DNA of 64,000 nt from Octopus vulgaris (GCA_951406725.2 OX597829.1:45570001-45634000); one strand, 5' to 3'. Shown: positions 12,396 through 24,609, counted from the stretch's first letter. Notes: a model not told the origin generated them from the letters alone. Made by a program: numbers and translations.

Positions 12396-12991
12396 CTGGG
12401 TGTTTATCATTAGGATAATTATTCTCCTGAGAAACAACAAAGTGTGTTCCAACAAATGAATTCACAACAAGAATCTGGCAAATTGAATACAAAAACCTTA
12501 ATGCTATCGTTATTTTGATGCCTCTTTTCCCATGTTTGCATGGGTCAAATATGAATACGTTGGGACAGAGATTTTTCTATGGTTGGCTGTCCAAGCAAGG
12601 TAATATCCCAACCACTACCACCACCACCACTGCTGTTACCACCACCACCACCACTACCACCACCACCACCACCACCACCACCACCACCACCACCACCACC
12701 ACTACCACCACCACCACCACCACCACCACTGCAAGTTTGTTGAACAATGGAACAGAACAGCAGCAAGCTGGCAGAATCGTTAGCACGCAGGGTAAAATGC
12801 TTAGCAGTATTTCATCTGTCTTTACGCACTGGGGTCGATGTAATCGACTTAATCCCTTTGTCTGTCCTTTTTTGTCCCCTCTATGTTTAACCCCTTGTGT
12901 ATAATAAAGAAATATAAAAAAAAAAAGGAACAGATCAGACATGGTTATACAGAAAACTGGAAATATATAATACTGCTTGAATTTTGCTCAC

Positions 12992-13068
12992 AAAGATCAT
13001 ACAACATATATCCAGACTCTGGCATGTGTTCATAATGAACTGCAAGCAAACGACACTGTTGGTGTCAA
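12992..13068 (-). other. candidate internal exon
   Basis: Acceptors CTTCACAG| (exon from 13068) or TTGCTTGCAG| (from 13039) and donor |GTGAGC at 12991; unique sequence; reads VDTNSVVCLQFIMNTCQSLDICCMIF or xHYEHMPESGYMLYDL. Confidence 0.25.
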
Positions 13069-13271
13069 CTGTGAAGTTTACAGTGAGTGCAATTTATGTG
13101 AAGATGAAGAGAAATATGCACTCATTTACATATCCACAAACACACACACACACACACACACACCATACAAATTCAAAACTGACATTAACATCCCCATAAC
13201 TTAGTGGTTTAGCAAAAGCAACCAGTGGAATAATTTCAAGACTTTAAAATATATACTAGAGAAACAATTTT

Positions 13272-13499
13272 TAGCCCTTTAGATAATTACCCATCTGAAA
13301 CTGTCTGTGGATTTGTAGTACAAATGTTTTGTTTTCATAAGTTCTGAATTAAAATCTTCCACCAAACCTTAGTCACAATTTATGTTCCTAACACTAGCTT
13401 AATGAAAACCAAGTAATTTTACTAAATTCCTTGTAATATTTAAAGTAATTGAAAGAAACACAGAACATCTTAAAATAAATACAGTAACAAAAGGATTGA
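13272..13499. mobile_element. piggyBac-like MITE family P1, inserted in an old SINE-A
   Basis: Homologous to the 55937-56623 copies. Confidence 0.75.
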
Positions 13500-14607
13500 A
13501 AAGAATAAGTATTGGAGTTGACTTGTTTGACTAAAAATTCTTCAAAGTTGTGCTCCAGCTTGGCTACAGTCTTAATGACAGAAACAAGTAAATGATAAAA
13601 TAATATGATAATACAACAAGCATTCCTTCAGATTTAGTTTTATAGTTTTAGCTACACTGACCCCCAAAAGTTTCTTCAGATGTTGGGTTTTAACCCTAAA
13701 GTGCAAGAGTGAAGGCCCCAAGGAATTTCCGAGAAAACTTCAAGTTAATTTTATCCTTTTACCTGTTAACTTTCACCTGTTTCAGTTATTAGACCATGGC
13801 CATGCTGGAGCACCACCTTGAGGAATTGTTAATGAAATGAACTGACCACCCTGTATTTATTTTTCTTTTAAAGCCTGGTACTTACTCTATCAGTCTCCTT
13901 TGATGAATCACAAAGTCGCAGAGGCAGAAGCACACCAACACCAGTTGTCAAGTGGTGGTAAGGGACAAAAAAGACAGGAAGGCACACATACTTGATTAAT
14001 TAATTAATTGTTTGTCTGTTTTAACTTTTATATGAAGAAAATTCTAATGATGAGAATATATAAAACAAAGATTCTGTAATTGATTTTCTTTAAGTATCTA
14101 ATGAGGAGGGAAAGAGCAGAACTTATGATCCCTTTTTCAGTAAATTTTCAGGGCCCCTCAAGGCAAGTACCTGGAAGGAAGAAAATTAACCTCAAATCTG
14201 AAACATCACCTGAATGCTTGCAATAAAGATATACTTCATTAAAGGTGCACAAAGGCACACGTGAAAGACACACAAAGGCCATGATAGTGTATTAAGATAG
14301 GCAACAGATTAAGTCTGTAGTCAAAAGATAGCTTGCTACTGCATCAGTAAAGCTTTTCTTTATCTCAGCGACAGACAAGAGAATGACAAAGACAGGTAAA
14401 AAAAATTATGTAATTAGAGGAAGAAAAAGCGGGAAGGTGTGGGCCTGCTTTGTTAGGAACTGACATATCCAGTCATACATCTTTAACATTGATCACTGCT
14501 TTTGACTGATGTTGTCAGAAGATGCCAAAATCGTTATTCATGCCAGCGATGATGTTGTTCATGGAGAGGAAAACCATATATTATACATACAAGCATGTAT
14601 ATATATC

Positions 14608-14638
<31 letters not shown>

Positions 14639-14992
14639 CATATGTATGTATGTGTGTGTGTGTGTGTGTGTATGTGTGTGTGTGTGTGTGTGCATATGTA
14701 TATATATGTGTGTGTGTGTGTAATGTGTGTATATATATTTATATATATATACATACATATACACATACACACATATGTATATGTATGAGCATAGATTTAT
14801 ACATATATATATGCATGCATATATATAAATATATATATATGCATGCATATATATGTATAAATATATATATATGAATATATATATTTGATTATGATATAAA
14901 TGTGTATAGATATGTCCAGTATGTATATCATGTATGTGTGTATGTGCATGCATATATATATAGACACATATATATATATATATACATGTGTA

Positions 14993-15397
14993 GGTGTAGG
15001 AGTGGCTGCGTGGTAAGTAGCTTGCTTATCAGCCACATGGCTCCAGGTTCAGTCCCACTGCGCGGGACCTTGACCAAGTGCCTTCTACTATAGCCTCGGG
15101 CCAACCAAAGCCTTGTGAGTGGATTTGGCAAACAGAAACTGAAAGATACCCGTCATGTATATGTATATATATGTGTGTGTATATGTTTGTGTGTCTGTGT
15201 TTGTCCCCCCAACATCACTTGACAACTGATGCTGGTGTGCTTATATCCCCATAACTTAGCGGTTCGGCAAAAGGGTCCGATAGAATAAGTACTAGGCTTA
15301 CAAAGAATAAGTCCTGGGATTTATTTGCTCGAGTAGAGGCGGTGCTCCAGCATGGCCTCATTCAAATGACTGAAACAAGTAAAAGAGTAAAAGAGTA
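14993..15397 (+). mobile_element. SINE family A, full length, followed by (GATA)n to 15545
   Basis: A/B boxes and tail. Confidence 0.9.
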
Positions 15398-15423
15398 TTG
15401 AGATGGATAGATAGATAGATAGG

Positions 15424-15499
<76 letters not shown>

Positions 15500-15921
15500 C
15501 AGACAGATAGACAGACAGACAGATAGATAGACAGACAGACAGATAAAAGAGAGAGAGAGAAAGAAAGAGAGTGACATACATACATACATTGACACATAAC
15601 ATACATAACCACCACAAATATACTAATAATTTTGAACATCATTAATATTTTTCTTATGAACACTAATAGACATTAAATTATGAAATATTTACAACATAAA
15701 AGATGATAGATTAAATTTTGTCCACCAGTTTTTCTCATCATTTATTATTTTTATTTTTATGTATTTTTAGCTTCTCGTTTACAATCAACCTCACCAATTA
15801 CTTAACTACTACACCTGCCATATAAATGCTTTGAATACAAAAACAACAATAACAACAAAAAAATTACGACAATATGCAGCAGAGCTATGCCAAAATTAGC
15901 TTATGTATATTACATGCGTAC

Positions 15922-15997
<76 letters not shown>

Positions 15998-16285
15998 GCA
16001 TATATATATATATGTATATAGATATACATATATGAATAAAATCAAAATAAGCAACAGGATGTCAAGATTTAATGATTGCATATACATATATGTATATAAA
16101 CACATACACACACACATGCACACACACACAGACACACAATGTATATAGAATATACACTTCTCAGCTACATGGTTTCAGGTTCGGTCCCACTGTGTGGTGC
16201 CTTGGGCAAGTGTCTTCCACCAAAGCCTCGGGCTGACAAAAACCTTGTGAGTGGATTTGGTATATGGAAACTGAAAGAAGCCTGT

Positions 16286-16346
<61 letters not shown>

Positions 16347-16501
16347 GTGTGTGGCTTTGTGTGTGTTTGAGTCTGTTTGTCTCACACCACCACTTGACAA
16401 CCTATGTTGGTATGTTTACATCCCTGTTACATATTGGTTTGGCAAAAGAGACCATCCACAAGCTCATTGCTTAAATTGAGGTTACTTTAACAAGTGATGT
16501 A

Positions 16502-17021
16502 CTGTAAATCCTCGAGTATAATCCGCATTTTTCCCCAAAATTTAAAGGTCAAAATCCCTAGTGCGTTCTATATACGAGGTTAAAAATGAAAAATATTTTG
16601 TAAGCAATGTCCAAGTCTCTATTTGCTGTCCAGCAATGTTTATTCAGATGCATTTTGTGATGACGGGTGCGAAAATACCTTAAGCTAAGCCTGAAAGCAA
16701 TGAAGTCATAAAAGAATCATCTATAACTTGCAGTAAGCAACATTTATTAAACGTTATTACTGTTATTACTGTTATTTCTTTATTTTCTGCAAAGAAAATG
16801 CACAAAAAAGCTACACGTTTGCATTATGTTATATATACAATAATAATAAAGGACGTTACCATATACATTTTTACAAACCAAGGACGTTATAAACACCTCC
16901 TTGGCTCAAGTTAGAGAAGGGTTGCGTGTTATACACAAGGTTTGGGTTTTTCAGAGGTACAGCCCCCTAAAAATCCCCTACGTATTATACTCAAGGGTGG
17001 ACTATACTCGAGGATTTACGG
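16502..17021. mobile_element. Tc1/mariner superfamily (Tc2/pogo-like) MITE
   Basis: TIR CTGTAAATCCTCGAGTATA / TATACTCGAGGATTTACGG, TA flanks at both ends, no ORF. Confidence 0.85.
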
Positions 17022-17321
17022 TAATAACACAGCTACCATAATAAAACACTGTATTGATGTATAAAGGATTTAATGTACTTTGTAATATAGTATGGCTGAG
17101 TAATGAAATTCAATGTCCCTACAAGCCATTAATATTTATGTACAAGCTGCCAGGAGTATGTTTAACCCATTAATCCTTAGCATCCAGAAAAATTACTAAT
17201 GCTTGTTAAGCAAACTACCTATTGAGCTTATTTTTGGTATAGTCTGCCTCTAAACTACTGCTCTGTGAGTGAGCAGGCACTGCATACAAACAAACCAACT
17301 ATACACACGTACAAAATAAGT

Positions 17322-17540
17322 CATCATCATCATCGTTTAACGTCCGCTTTCCATGCTAGCATGGGTTGGACAATTTGACTGAGGTCTGGCGAACCAGATG
17401 GCTGCACCAGGCTCCAATCTTGTTCTGGCAGAGTTTCTACAGCTGGATGCCCTTCCTTATGCCAACCACTTCGAGAGTGTAGTGGGTGCTTTTACGTGCC
17501 ACTGGCATGAGGGCCAGTCAGGCGGTACTGGCAAGAGCCA
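17322..17540 (-). mobile_element. family C element
   Basis: (CAT)n-CGTTTAACGTCCGCTTTCCATGCTAGC... Confidence 0.85.
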
Positions 17541-17587
17541 TGAAAAAAATCGTGTTTTTTTTTTATAGTAATTTTTTCCTGTATATA

Positions 17588-17981
17588 GGCGTAGGAGTGG
17601 CTGTGTGGTAAGTAGCTTGCTTACGAACCACATGGTTCCGGGTTCAGTCCCACTGTGTGGCACCTTGGGCAAGTGTCTTCTGCTATAGCCTCGGGCCGAC
17701 CAAAGCCTTGTGAGTAGATTTGGTAGACGGAAACTGAAAGAAGCCCATCGTATATATGTATATATATATATATGCGTATGTTTGTGTGTTGTGTTTGCTC
17801 CTCTCCCCCAACATCGCTTGACAACCGATGCTGGTGTGTTTACATCCCCGTAACTTAGCGGTTCGGCAAAAGAGACAGATAGAATAAGTACTAGGCTTAC
17901 AAAGAATAAGTCCTGGGGTCGATTTCCTCGACTAAAGGCGGTGCTCCAGCATGGCTGCAGTCAAATGACTGAAACAAGTAA
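17588..17981 (+). mobile_element. SINE family A, full length
   Basis: A/B boxes and tail. Confidence 0.92.
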
Positions 17982-18257
17982 CTGAAAAATAAATGAAAAA
18001 ATGTATCCATTTTCCTGGACACTATGCATTAATGGGTTAATATGTAAAATTGGTACATCCAATAATGTTATAGCACAATATTTTTGGTGGCTGTTTAAGC
18101 AATGAGTTTATGGATGGTTAATGGGTTGGATGTGGTGCTGAAGAAGGAGCAAAGACTCCTGAAATATGACAGATATGCCCATTAACAATTCTTCATCTTC
18201 GATCTCGTTGTTGTTTACATTAGGTGTACTTGGATATGAAACATCATATGCTGCTGA

Positions 18258-18439
18258 AGCACCACCTTTTAGTCGAACAAATCGACCCCAGGACTTATTC
18301 TTTGTAAGCCTAGTACTTATTCTATCGGTCTCTCTTGCTGAACCGCTAAGTTACAGTGATGTAAACACACCAGCATCGGTTGTCAAGCGATGTTGGGGGG
18401 ACAAATGCAGACACACAAACATATACACACACACATATA

Positions 18440-18470
<31 letters not shown>

Positions 18471-18638
18471 ACATACGACAGGCTTCTTTTAGTTTCTGTC
18501 TACCAAATCCACTCACAAGGCTTTGGTCAGCCCAAGGGTATAGTAGAAGACACTTGCCTAATGTGCTATGCAGTGGGACTGAACCCAGAACCATGTGGTT
18601 GGTAAGCAAGCTACTTACCACACAGCCACTCCTGCACC
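18258..18638 (-). mobile_element. SINE family A, lacking the 3' tail
   Basis: Homology to other copies. Confidence 0.9.
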
Positions 18639-18850
18639 TAGTTTTAGATTAGTTTAAATATGTAGAGATAACCTTCATCATCATCCTCATCCTTATTCAA
18701 CATCTGTTTTCCATGCTGGCATGGGTTAGGTGGCTTGACTGAAAACTGGTAGGCTGGAGTACTGCATGAGGTTTCAATCTGATTTTTACAGCTGGTTTTT
18801 ATGACTTGATGTCCTTCCTAACAACTGCCACCCCAAAGATGTAGTGGTTG

Positions 18851-19003
18851 CACTAACGTAGCTAGGGGGCAGTAGCTAGGGTAGCACTTTCAAAGGGGCA
18901 CTACTTTTGGGTCTGCTGTAGGCAATTTGTGGTTTTTGTGGGGTCCAGGGGTGAGAAATGGAAGGGCCACCCCGATGCGGCACACACTGTAGCTACACTA
19001 GTG
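18851..19003. mobile_element. hAT-type MITE nested in a family C element
   Basis: TIR CACTAACGTAGCTA / TAGCTACACTAGTG; 8-bp TSD AGTGGTTG / AGTGGGTG. Confidence 0.75.
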
Positions 19004-19594
19004 AGTGGGTGCCTTTTACGTTCCACCGGCATAGGTGCCAGTTATGCAACAATGGCATTGGTCACAGCTACAATCTCACTTGGCTTCACAGGTCTTCTGA
19101 AGCATGGTATATCGCCAAAGGTCTCGGTCTCTTGTCACTGCTTCTGTGAGGCCCAACATTCAAATGGTGCTTTATATATGCTACCAGCACAGGTTCCAGT
19201 TGTGTGACACTGGCATTGGTCTTGACTAGGATTTCATATGGCTTGACAGGTCTTTTCAAGCCAAATGCAATCATAGTCATGGGTGATGCTAAATTACTCT
19301 GGTGGCTGAGAAAAACTGGGAATCTGTATCATAACAAGAGAAGTATACTTGTGTATGTATATATATATATATATATATATATGCCATGTGGTATTTCTTA
19401 TTCTTTTACTTGTTTCAGTCATTTGTCTGTGGCCATGCTGGAAGCATCGCCTTGAAGGGTTTTATTCAAACAAATTGACCTCAAGACTTATTCCTTGTTT
19501 TTAAAGCCCAGCACTTATTCACTTATTCTATCAGTCCCATTTGCTGAACTGCTAAGTTATGGGGGACATAAACAGAAGTAGTAGTAGTAGTAGT

Positions 19595-19782
19595 AATAAC
19601 ATCGAAAATACCTTAGGAAGGAGAACCCAGGTTTGAAAATTTCCCCAAGACACCTGATGAAGGCTGGAGAGTATATCAGCCGAAACATTGTGTTAACAAC
19701 AAACAAGATGGAGACAAATATCCATCAAATGTAAATAATGTAAATAATGTACATAATTCCTCATCTCTTAAATACAGAACTG
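19595..19782 (+). mobile_element. monomeric copy of the hammerhead-containing Penelope-like/retrozyme element
   Basis: Same sequence as 1737-1865; CUGAUGA 19654-19660, GAAA 19682-19685. Confidence 0.75.
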
Positions 19783-20172
19783 TACTTCATCTCGTGTTGC
19801 TCTGCAATCCCACATTGTTAAGCACAGTGTACCACGAATCAACACCTGATTTGTGGTACACTGTACACCTATTCAGACAACGTCAATTTGATGGAGGCGT
19901 GAGCTAATGTGTGGCATGAACGTTTGATCTCTATAAACAAATCATTTGTGCAGGTCATTCGGCGAAAGCTGAATGCTCAAACGTCACCTTCAGTGGAAAA
20001 TTCCATCACATACATACATACATACATACATACACACACACATGTACATACATACATACATACATACATACATACACACATGTACATACATACATACATA
20101 CATACATACATACATGCATACATACATACATACATACATGCATACATACATGCAATAGATATATGTATGTAT

Positions 20173-20480
20173 ATCACGTGATCACGTGACCGACCAGACC
20201 ATCAGTTGTTGTTACACATCGCTGGTCACAATGCACTTCGCATTGTTTTAGCCTTCAAATGATGCCACCCTGCTGGCTAAGCGAGCAGGCCAACAGAAGA
20301 AAGAGTGAGAGAAAGAGTGGTGAAAGAATACAGCAGGGATCACCACCCGCCTGCCGGAGCCTCGTGGAGCTTCTAGGTGTTTTTGCTCAATAAACACTCA
20401 CAACGCCCGGTCTGGGAATCGAAACTGCCATCCTACGACCGCGAGTCCACTGCCCTAACCACTGGGCCATTGCGCCTCCA
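20173..20480 (-). mobile_element. SINE family D (tRNA-derived) with (CACGTGAT)n tail
   Basis: Head GGAGGCGCAATGGCCCAGTGGTTAGGGC (A box), B box GTTTCGATTCC. Confidence 0.8.
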
Positions 20481-20688
20481 CTGTATGTATCTATGTATAT
20501 ATCTATGTATATGTGTGTGCATTTATGTGTGTGTGTATGTGTGTTTGTCCACAACCACTGCTTGGCAACTGGTGTTGGTTTATGTATTTCCCTGTAATTT
20601 ACTGGTTTGAGACCAATAAAATAATTATCAAGATTTAAAAACGAATAGTAGTACTGTAGTGGCTTCATTTAACTAAAACACTTCAAGG

Positions 20689-21079
20689 AGCAAAGAAGGC
20701 AAGGTTCACAATACCAGATGAATATCGCCTTCTCCCATTAAAATTGTTCTTTGTGTTGTTTCAGGTGCCAACAGGTGAGGAAAGAAGTCTCAAATGGAAA
20801 CCAACCAGTTTTATTTACATAGTAACACAGAATAAATGAAGTGTGTCGCTCTCAGTAGACCATCTCAAGCTGTGTACGGCTCATTGTATCTCTGTTTACA
20901 CGGGCCCATTACTTCAGGAGATACGATGTGCAGACAGGACTAGCCTGGAGACCCAGCCAGTGAATGTGTGTTCAGCAAGTGCTTGAGGTGAAAAAAAAAG
21001 AGAAAATCTGTTTGCTAGGCACTTGTATCCAGTTTGCCATCATGAGCTTTGTTGTGATCTCGTGCATGGCAAATGGATG
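20689..21079 (-). mobile_element. insertion into an old SINE-A, possibly an LTR-retrotransposon fragment
   Basis: 5-bp direct repeat CAAGG at 20684-20688 and 21080-21084; PBS-like TGGCACCTGAAACA at 20770-20757. Confidence 0.35.
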
Positions 21080-21350
21080 CAAGGTAGTGCTCCAGCATGG
21101 CCATGGTCCAAAGACTGAAAGAAGTAAAAGATGAACGATATCATTTAAAATGACAATAATATTTTGATTTTCATACTTTGGTTTTATTTTACTGATGAAA
21201 CAGTTTATTCATCTAATTCAAATGAATTTTGTAATTTTTCATTGAACTTAAGTAATTTGGGCAAGTGTCTTCTACTATAACCTCTGGCTGACCAAAGCCT
21301 TGTGAGAGGATTTGGCAGACGGAAACTGAAAGAAGTCCATCATATAAATA

Positions 21351-21399
<49 letters not shown>

Positions 21400-21411
<12 letters not shown>

Positions 21412-21630
21412 TTAGAGACAAAAACACTATTTTGCAAAACAAACAAGGAAAGACTTAATCAATACATAAAATTTTAATAAAAAGTTAAAAAACCGCCACT
21501 ACAATTGTTTCATGTCTTCTAATGACAATCTAATTAATATTATATAATATTTTACTATAAAATTGGATTTAATCCTAAATCTGATTTTTTCCCTGTAAAT
21601 TTGGATTTATTCCCTAATATTTATTATTAT
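21400..21630. mobile_element. Penelope-like LTR fragment with internal inversion, inside the (TA)n of a SINE-A (21257-21850)
   Basis: TATAATATTAATTAGA at 21401 and inverted at about 21529-21544; partial hammerhead 21496-21531(-); related to 45700-45770 and 46160-46200. Confidence 0.5.
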
Positions 21631-21915
21631 ATATATATATATATATATGTATATGTATATGCTTGTATATCTGTGTTTGTCCCCACCACCATCGCTTGAC
21701 AACCAATGTTGGTGAATCTATGTCTCCATAACTTAGAGGTTCAGCAAAAGAGACCAGTAGAATAAGTACTAGGTGTACAAAGAATAAGTCCTGGGGTTGA
21801 TCTGTTTGACTAAAGGCGGTGCTCCAGCATAGCCACAGTCAAATGACTGAATTGTGCAAACAATAAAACTTAGTAAAACATATGCGAAAAGTCTACTTTT
21901 TATTATATCTTACAC

Positions 21916-21952
<37 letters not shown>

Positions 21953-21989
21953 TATACATGCACACACACTCACACATACAAACACACAG

Positions 21990-22028
<39 letters not shown>

Positions 22029-22035
22029 TGAGACA

Positions 22036-22365
22036 CCCTTTGGTCATGAATGACCATGGGATTGCACCTAGAAAGTTCCCCTCCAAGGCACAAGTCCAGG
22101 GAAGTTTGTTTATGGAAGACCAGCAGTCGCCCATGCATACCAGCCTCCCCTCTCCACGCCACCAGTGTTATCCAAGGGAAAGGCAAAGGTCGATACAGCT
22201 TGGCACCAGTGATGTTGCAACTCATTTCTACAGCTGAGTGAACTGGAGCAATGTGAAATAAAGTGTCTTGCTCAAGAACACAACACGCAGCCCAGTCCGG
22301 GAATCGAACTCACAACCTCACGATCATAAGCTTGACATTCTAACCACTGAGCCATGCGCCTTCAC
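22036..22365 (-). mobile_element. SINE family E (tRNA-derived CORE-SINE)
   Basis: A box TGGCTCAGTGG, B box GAGTTCGATTCC, CORE-like GTGTTGTGTTCTTGAGCAAGACACTT. Confidence 0.88.
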
Positions 22366-22384
22366 TATATATATATATATATAT

Positions 22385-22545
22385 ACTCAATTCAAATAAA
22401 CAAATAAAATTTATGGACAATAAGAGGACGTTCACAAGAAATGTATAAGCTTGTTGCTCGGTGAAAGGAGAGAGTTTGAGGTTTCGAGCATAGCTCTTCA
22501 TCGGAAAGGAGAAAGGGAAATGTCCAAAGAAGAAAAGAAACCACC
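22385..22545 (-). mobile_element. Penelope-like LTR fragment with hammerhead motif (second family)
   Basis: UUU-CCGAUGA-A-GAGC/GCUC-GAAA-CC-UC-AAA at 22507-22475; related to 45480-45690. Confidence 0.55.
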
Positions 22546-22737
22546 AACTGCATGTGTGTGCGTGTGTGTGTGTGTGTGTGCACGTGCATGCAAGTGTGCT
22601 TGTACACTTACTGAAATTATCTCTGCATGAATGTACACATGTAATTGGTTTGACAATTACAGGCAAAGAGACTGGTTCTCTTACAGACTATCTTAGTAGT
22701 GAACGAAAACTTATCTCACCAGCTGGTGTCAACACAA

Positions 22738-22850
22738 TGAAGGTCACTCTTATGGCTCTGGATACAGTACTTAGAAAGCCACTCCTATGGCTCTTGATAT
22801 GGTACTATGGATGAAGGCCACTCCTATGGTTCTGGATATGGTACTCTGAA
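22738..22850. repeat. about 35-39-bp tandem repeat x3
   Basis: CACTCCTATGGCTCT.GATATGGTACT unit. Confidence 0.8.
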
Positions 22851-23889
22851 ATGAAAAAGTATATAAAATCTCTTCGAATTCTGTTATGCAAATGACCTGC
22901 AAATTTGCATCATTTACACATTAGAGACCTGGCTACTCACCATGTCTCTACCAATCAGATGAATACACGAGTGAGATAGAATTTATACTCACCAAGAAAT
23001 GGAACAGAAAACTGGATGTGAATACTGAGTCTTTCCTGAATGAAGAACGTACCATTTGGCATAAAGTATTGATTGATGACATCAAGACCAGACTTAGAAA
23101 AATTCAGAGACACAAGAGAATTTGGAGAGAGCAGGTATTGATGCTGAGAGGTATGGATACAGAGACATGTATGATTAGAAAGCTGAGGAGATAGGTACTT
23201 GTAAGACAGTGGAAACTTGGAAAAGTCCATGAAACAACTTGAGAACTATAAACTAGATCTTTGCACAAAGAAATGTTGAAAGTCCATGATAGATGATGTA
23301 ATGTCGGAAAAGTACAATAGATAAAAACCATAAGAGACATGCCTGTAAAGGCTGGAAGAAAAGGAACAGCGATGAACAATATTGATTAGCTGACAGTGGA
23401 CTGAATAACAGCCAGGATAGTGTAGCGGAGAGAATGAGGTATGGAAGAAACAGGAGAAATGTGGAAGGGAAAGACAAGTTTTAGGGGCTGGTATGAAAGT
23501 GGGGCAAAGTATAAGGACAGCACAGTGGGTCGGGTTAGGGCGATCTAAGTGAGATCTATGTCATAAGTGGGGATATGAATGGGTGGAGGTGGGTGGAGAG
23601 GGGACATGAAAGTGATTGAAATAGAAATAAGGTTGACAAGGAGTCAGATGAACTGTGGTGGGGTGGAGTTAGCAAAAGAAAGGAGGGGTGTGGGTGGTCT
23701 GGTAGTGCAAGGGAGGGAGATGAAAAGTATTGAGGTGACAGAGAAGCCATAGGAAGCAGGTCTCAGTGCAAGGAAAAACAGGACTTAGAGTGAGGGGGAG
23801 GTGGGGTGGAGGTTGAGTGCAGCATGAGCGTCCCAACCACTTTCACTACCTGCTTTACTGTTATCTCTGCTATGTTTATAGAGAAACTT

Positions 23890-24189
23890 CCCGTGGTCAT
23901 GAATGATCATGGGATTACACCTAGAAAGTTCCCTTCCAAGTAACAAGTCCGAGAAAGGTTGTTTATGGAAGACCAGCAGTCATCCATGCATACCAGTCTC
24001 CCCCTCTCCATATCACCGATGTTATCCAAGGGAAAGGCAGAGGCCAATACAGCTTGGCACCAGTGATGTCACAAGTGGAACAATGTGAAATAAAGTGTCT
24101 TGCTCAAGAACACAACACACAACCTGGTCCTGGAGTTGAATTCACTACCTCATGTTTGTGAGCCTGACACTCTAACCACTGAGCCATGC
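23890..24189 (-). mobile_element. SINE family E
   Basis: Homologous to 22036-22365; its 3' part plus flank TATCTCTGCTATGTTTATAGA is duplicated at about 25420-25597. Confidence 0.85.
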
Positions 24190-24210
24190 AGCAGAAAGCA
24201 TTTTATAGTA

Positions 24211-24593
24211 TACTCTCTTTTACTCTTTTATTTGTTTCAGTCATTTGACTGCGGCCATGCTGGAGCACCACCTTTAATCGAGCAACTCGACCCCGGGACT
24301 TATTCTTTTGTAAGCCCAGTACTTATTCTATCGGTCTCTTTTGCCGAACCGCTAAGTAACGGGGACATAAACACACCAGCATTGGTTGTCAAGCAAGCTA
24401 GGGGGACAAACACACACACGCATACATATACGACGGGCTTCTTTCAGTTTCCATCTACCAAATCCACTCACAAGGCTTTGTTCGGCTTGAGGCTATAGTA
24501 AAAGACACTTGCCCAAGGTGCCACGCAGTGGGACTGAACCCGGAACCATGTGGTTGGTAAACAAGCTACTTACCACACAGCCACTCCTGCGCC
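24211..24593 (-). mobile_element. SINE family A, full length
   Basis: A/B boxes and tail. Confidence 0.92.
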
Positions 24594-24609
24594 TATGTTG
24601 ACAATTATT

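Noticed and set aside
14123-14170. Minus-strand terminal exon VLALRGPENLLKKGS*
   Set aside because: The acceptor is plausible, but another frame (RLIFFLPGT) resembles a Penelope ORF C-terminus and no homology is recognised
18851-18864. CACTA/EnSpm transposon end
   Set aside because: The 8-bp TSD fits hAT, not the 2-3-bp TSD of CACTA elements
20765-20774. 10-nt plus-strand microexon (TTTCAG|GTGCCAACAG|GTGAGG)
   Set aside because: It lies within a mobile-element-like insert, would shift frame, and has no neighbouring plus-strand exons
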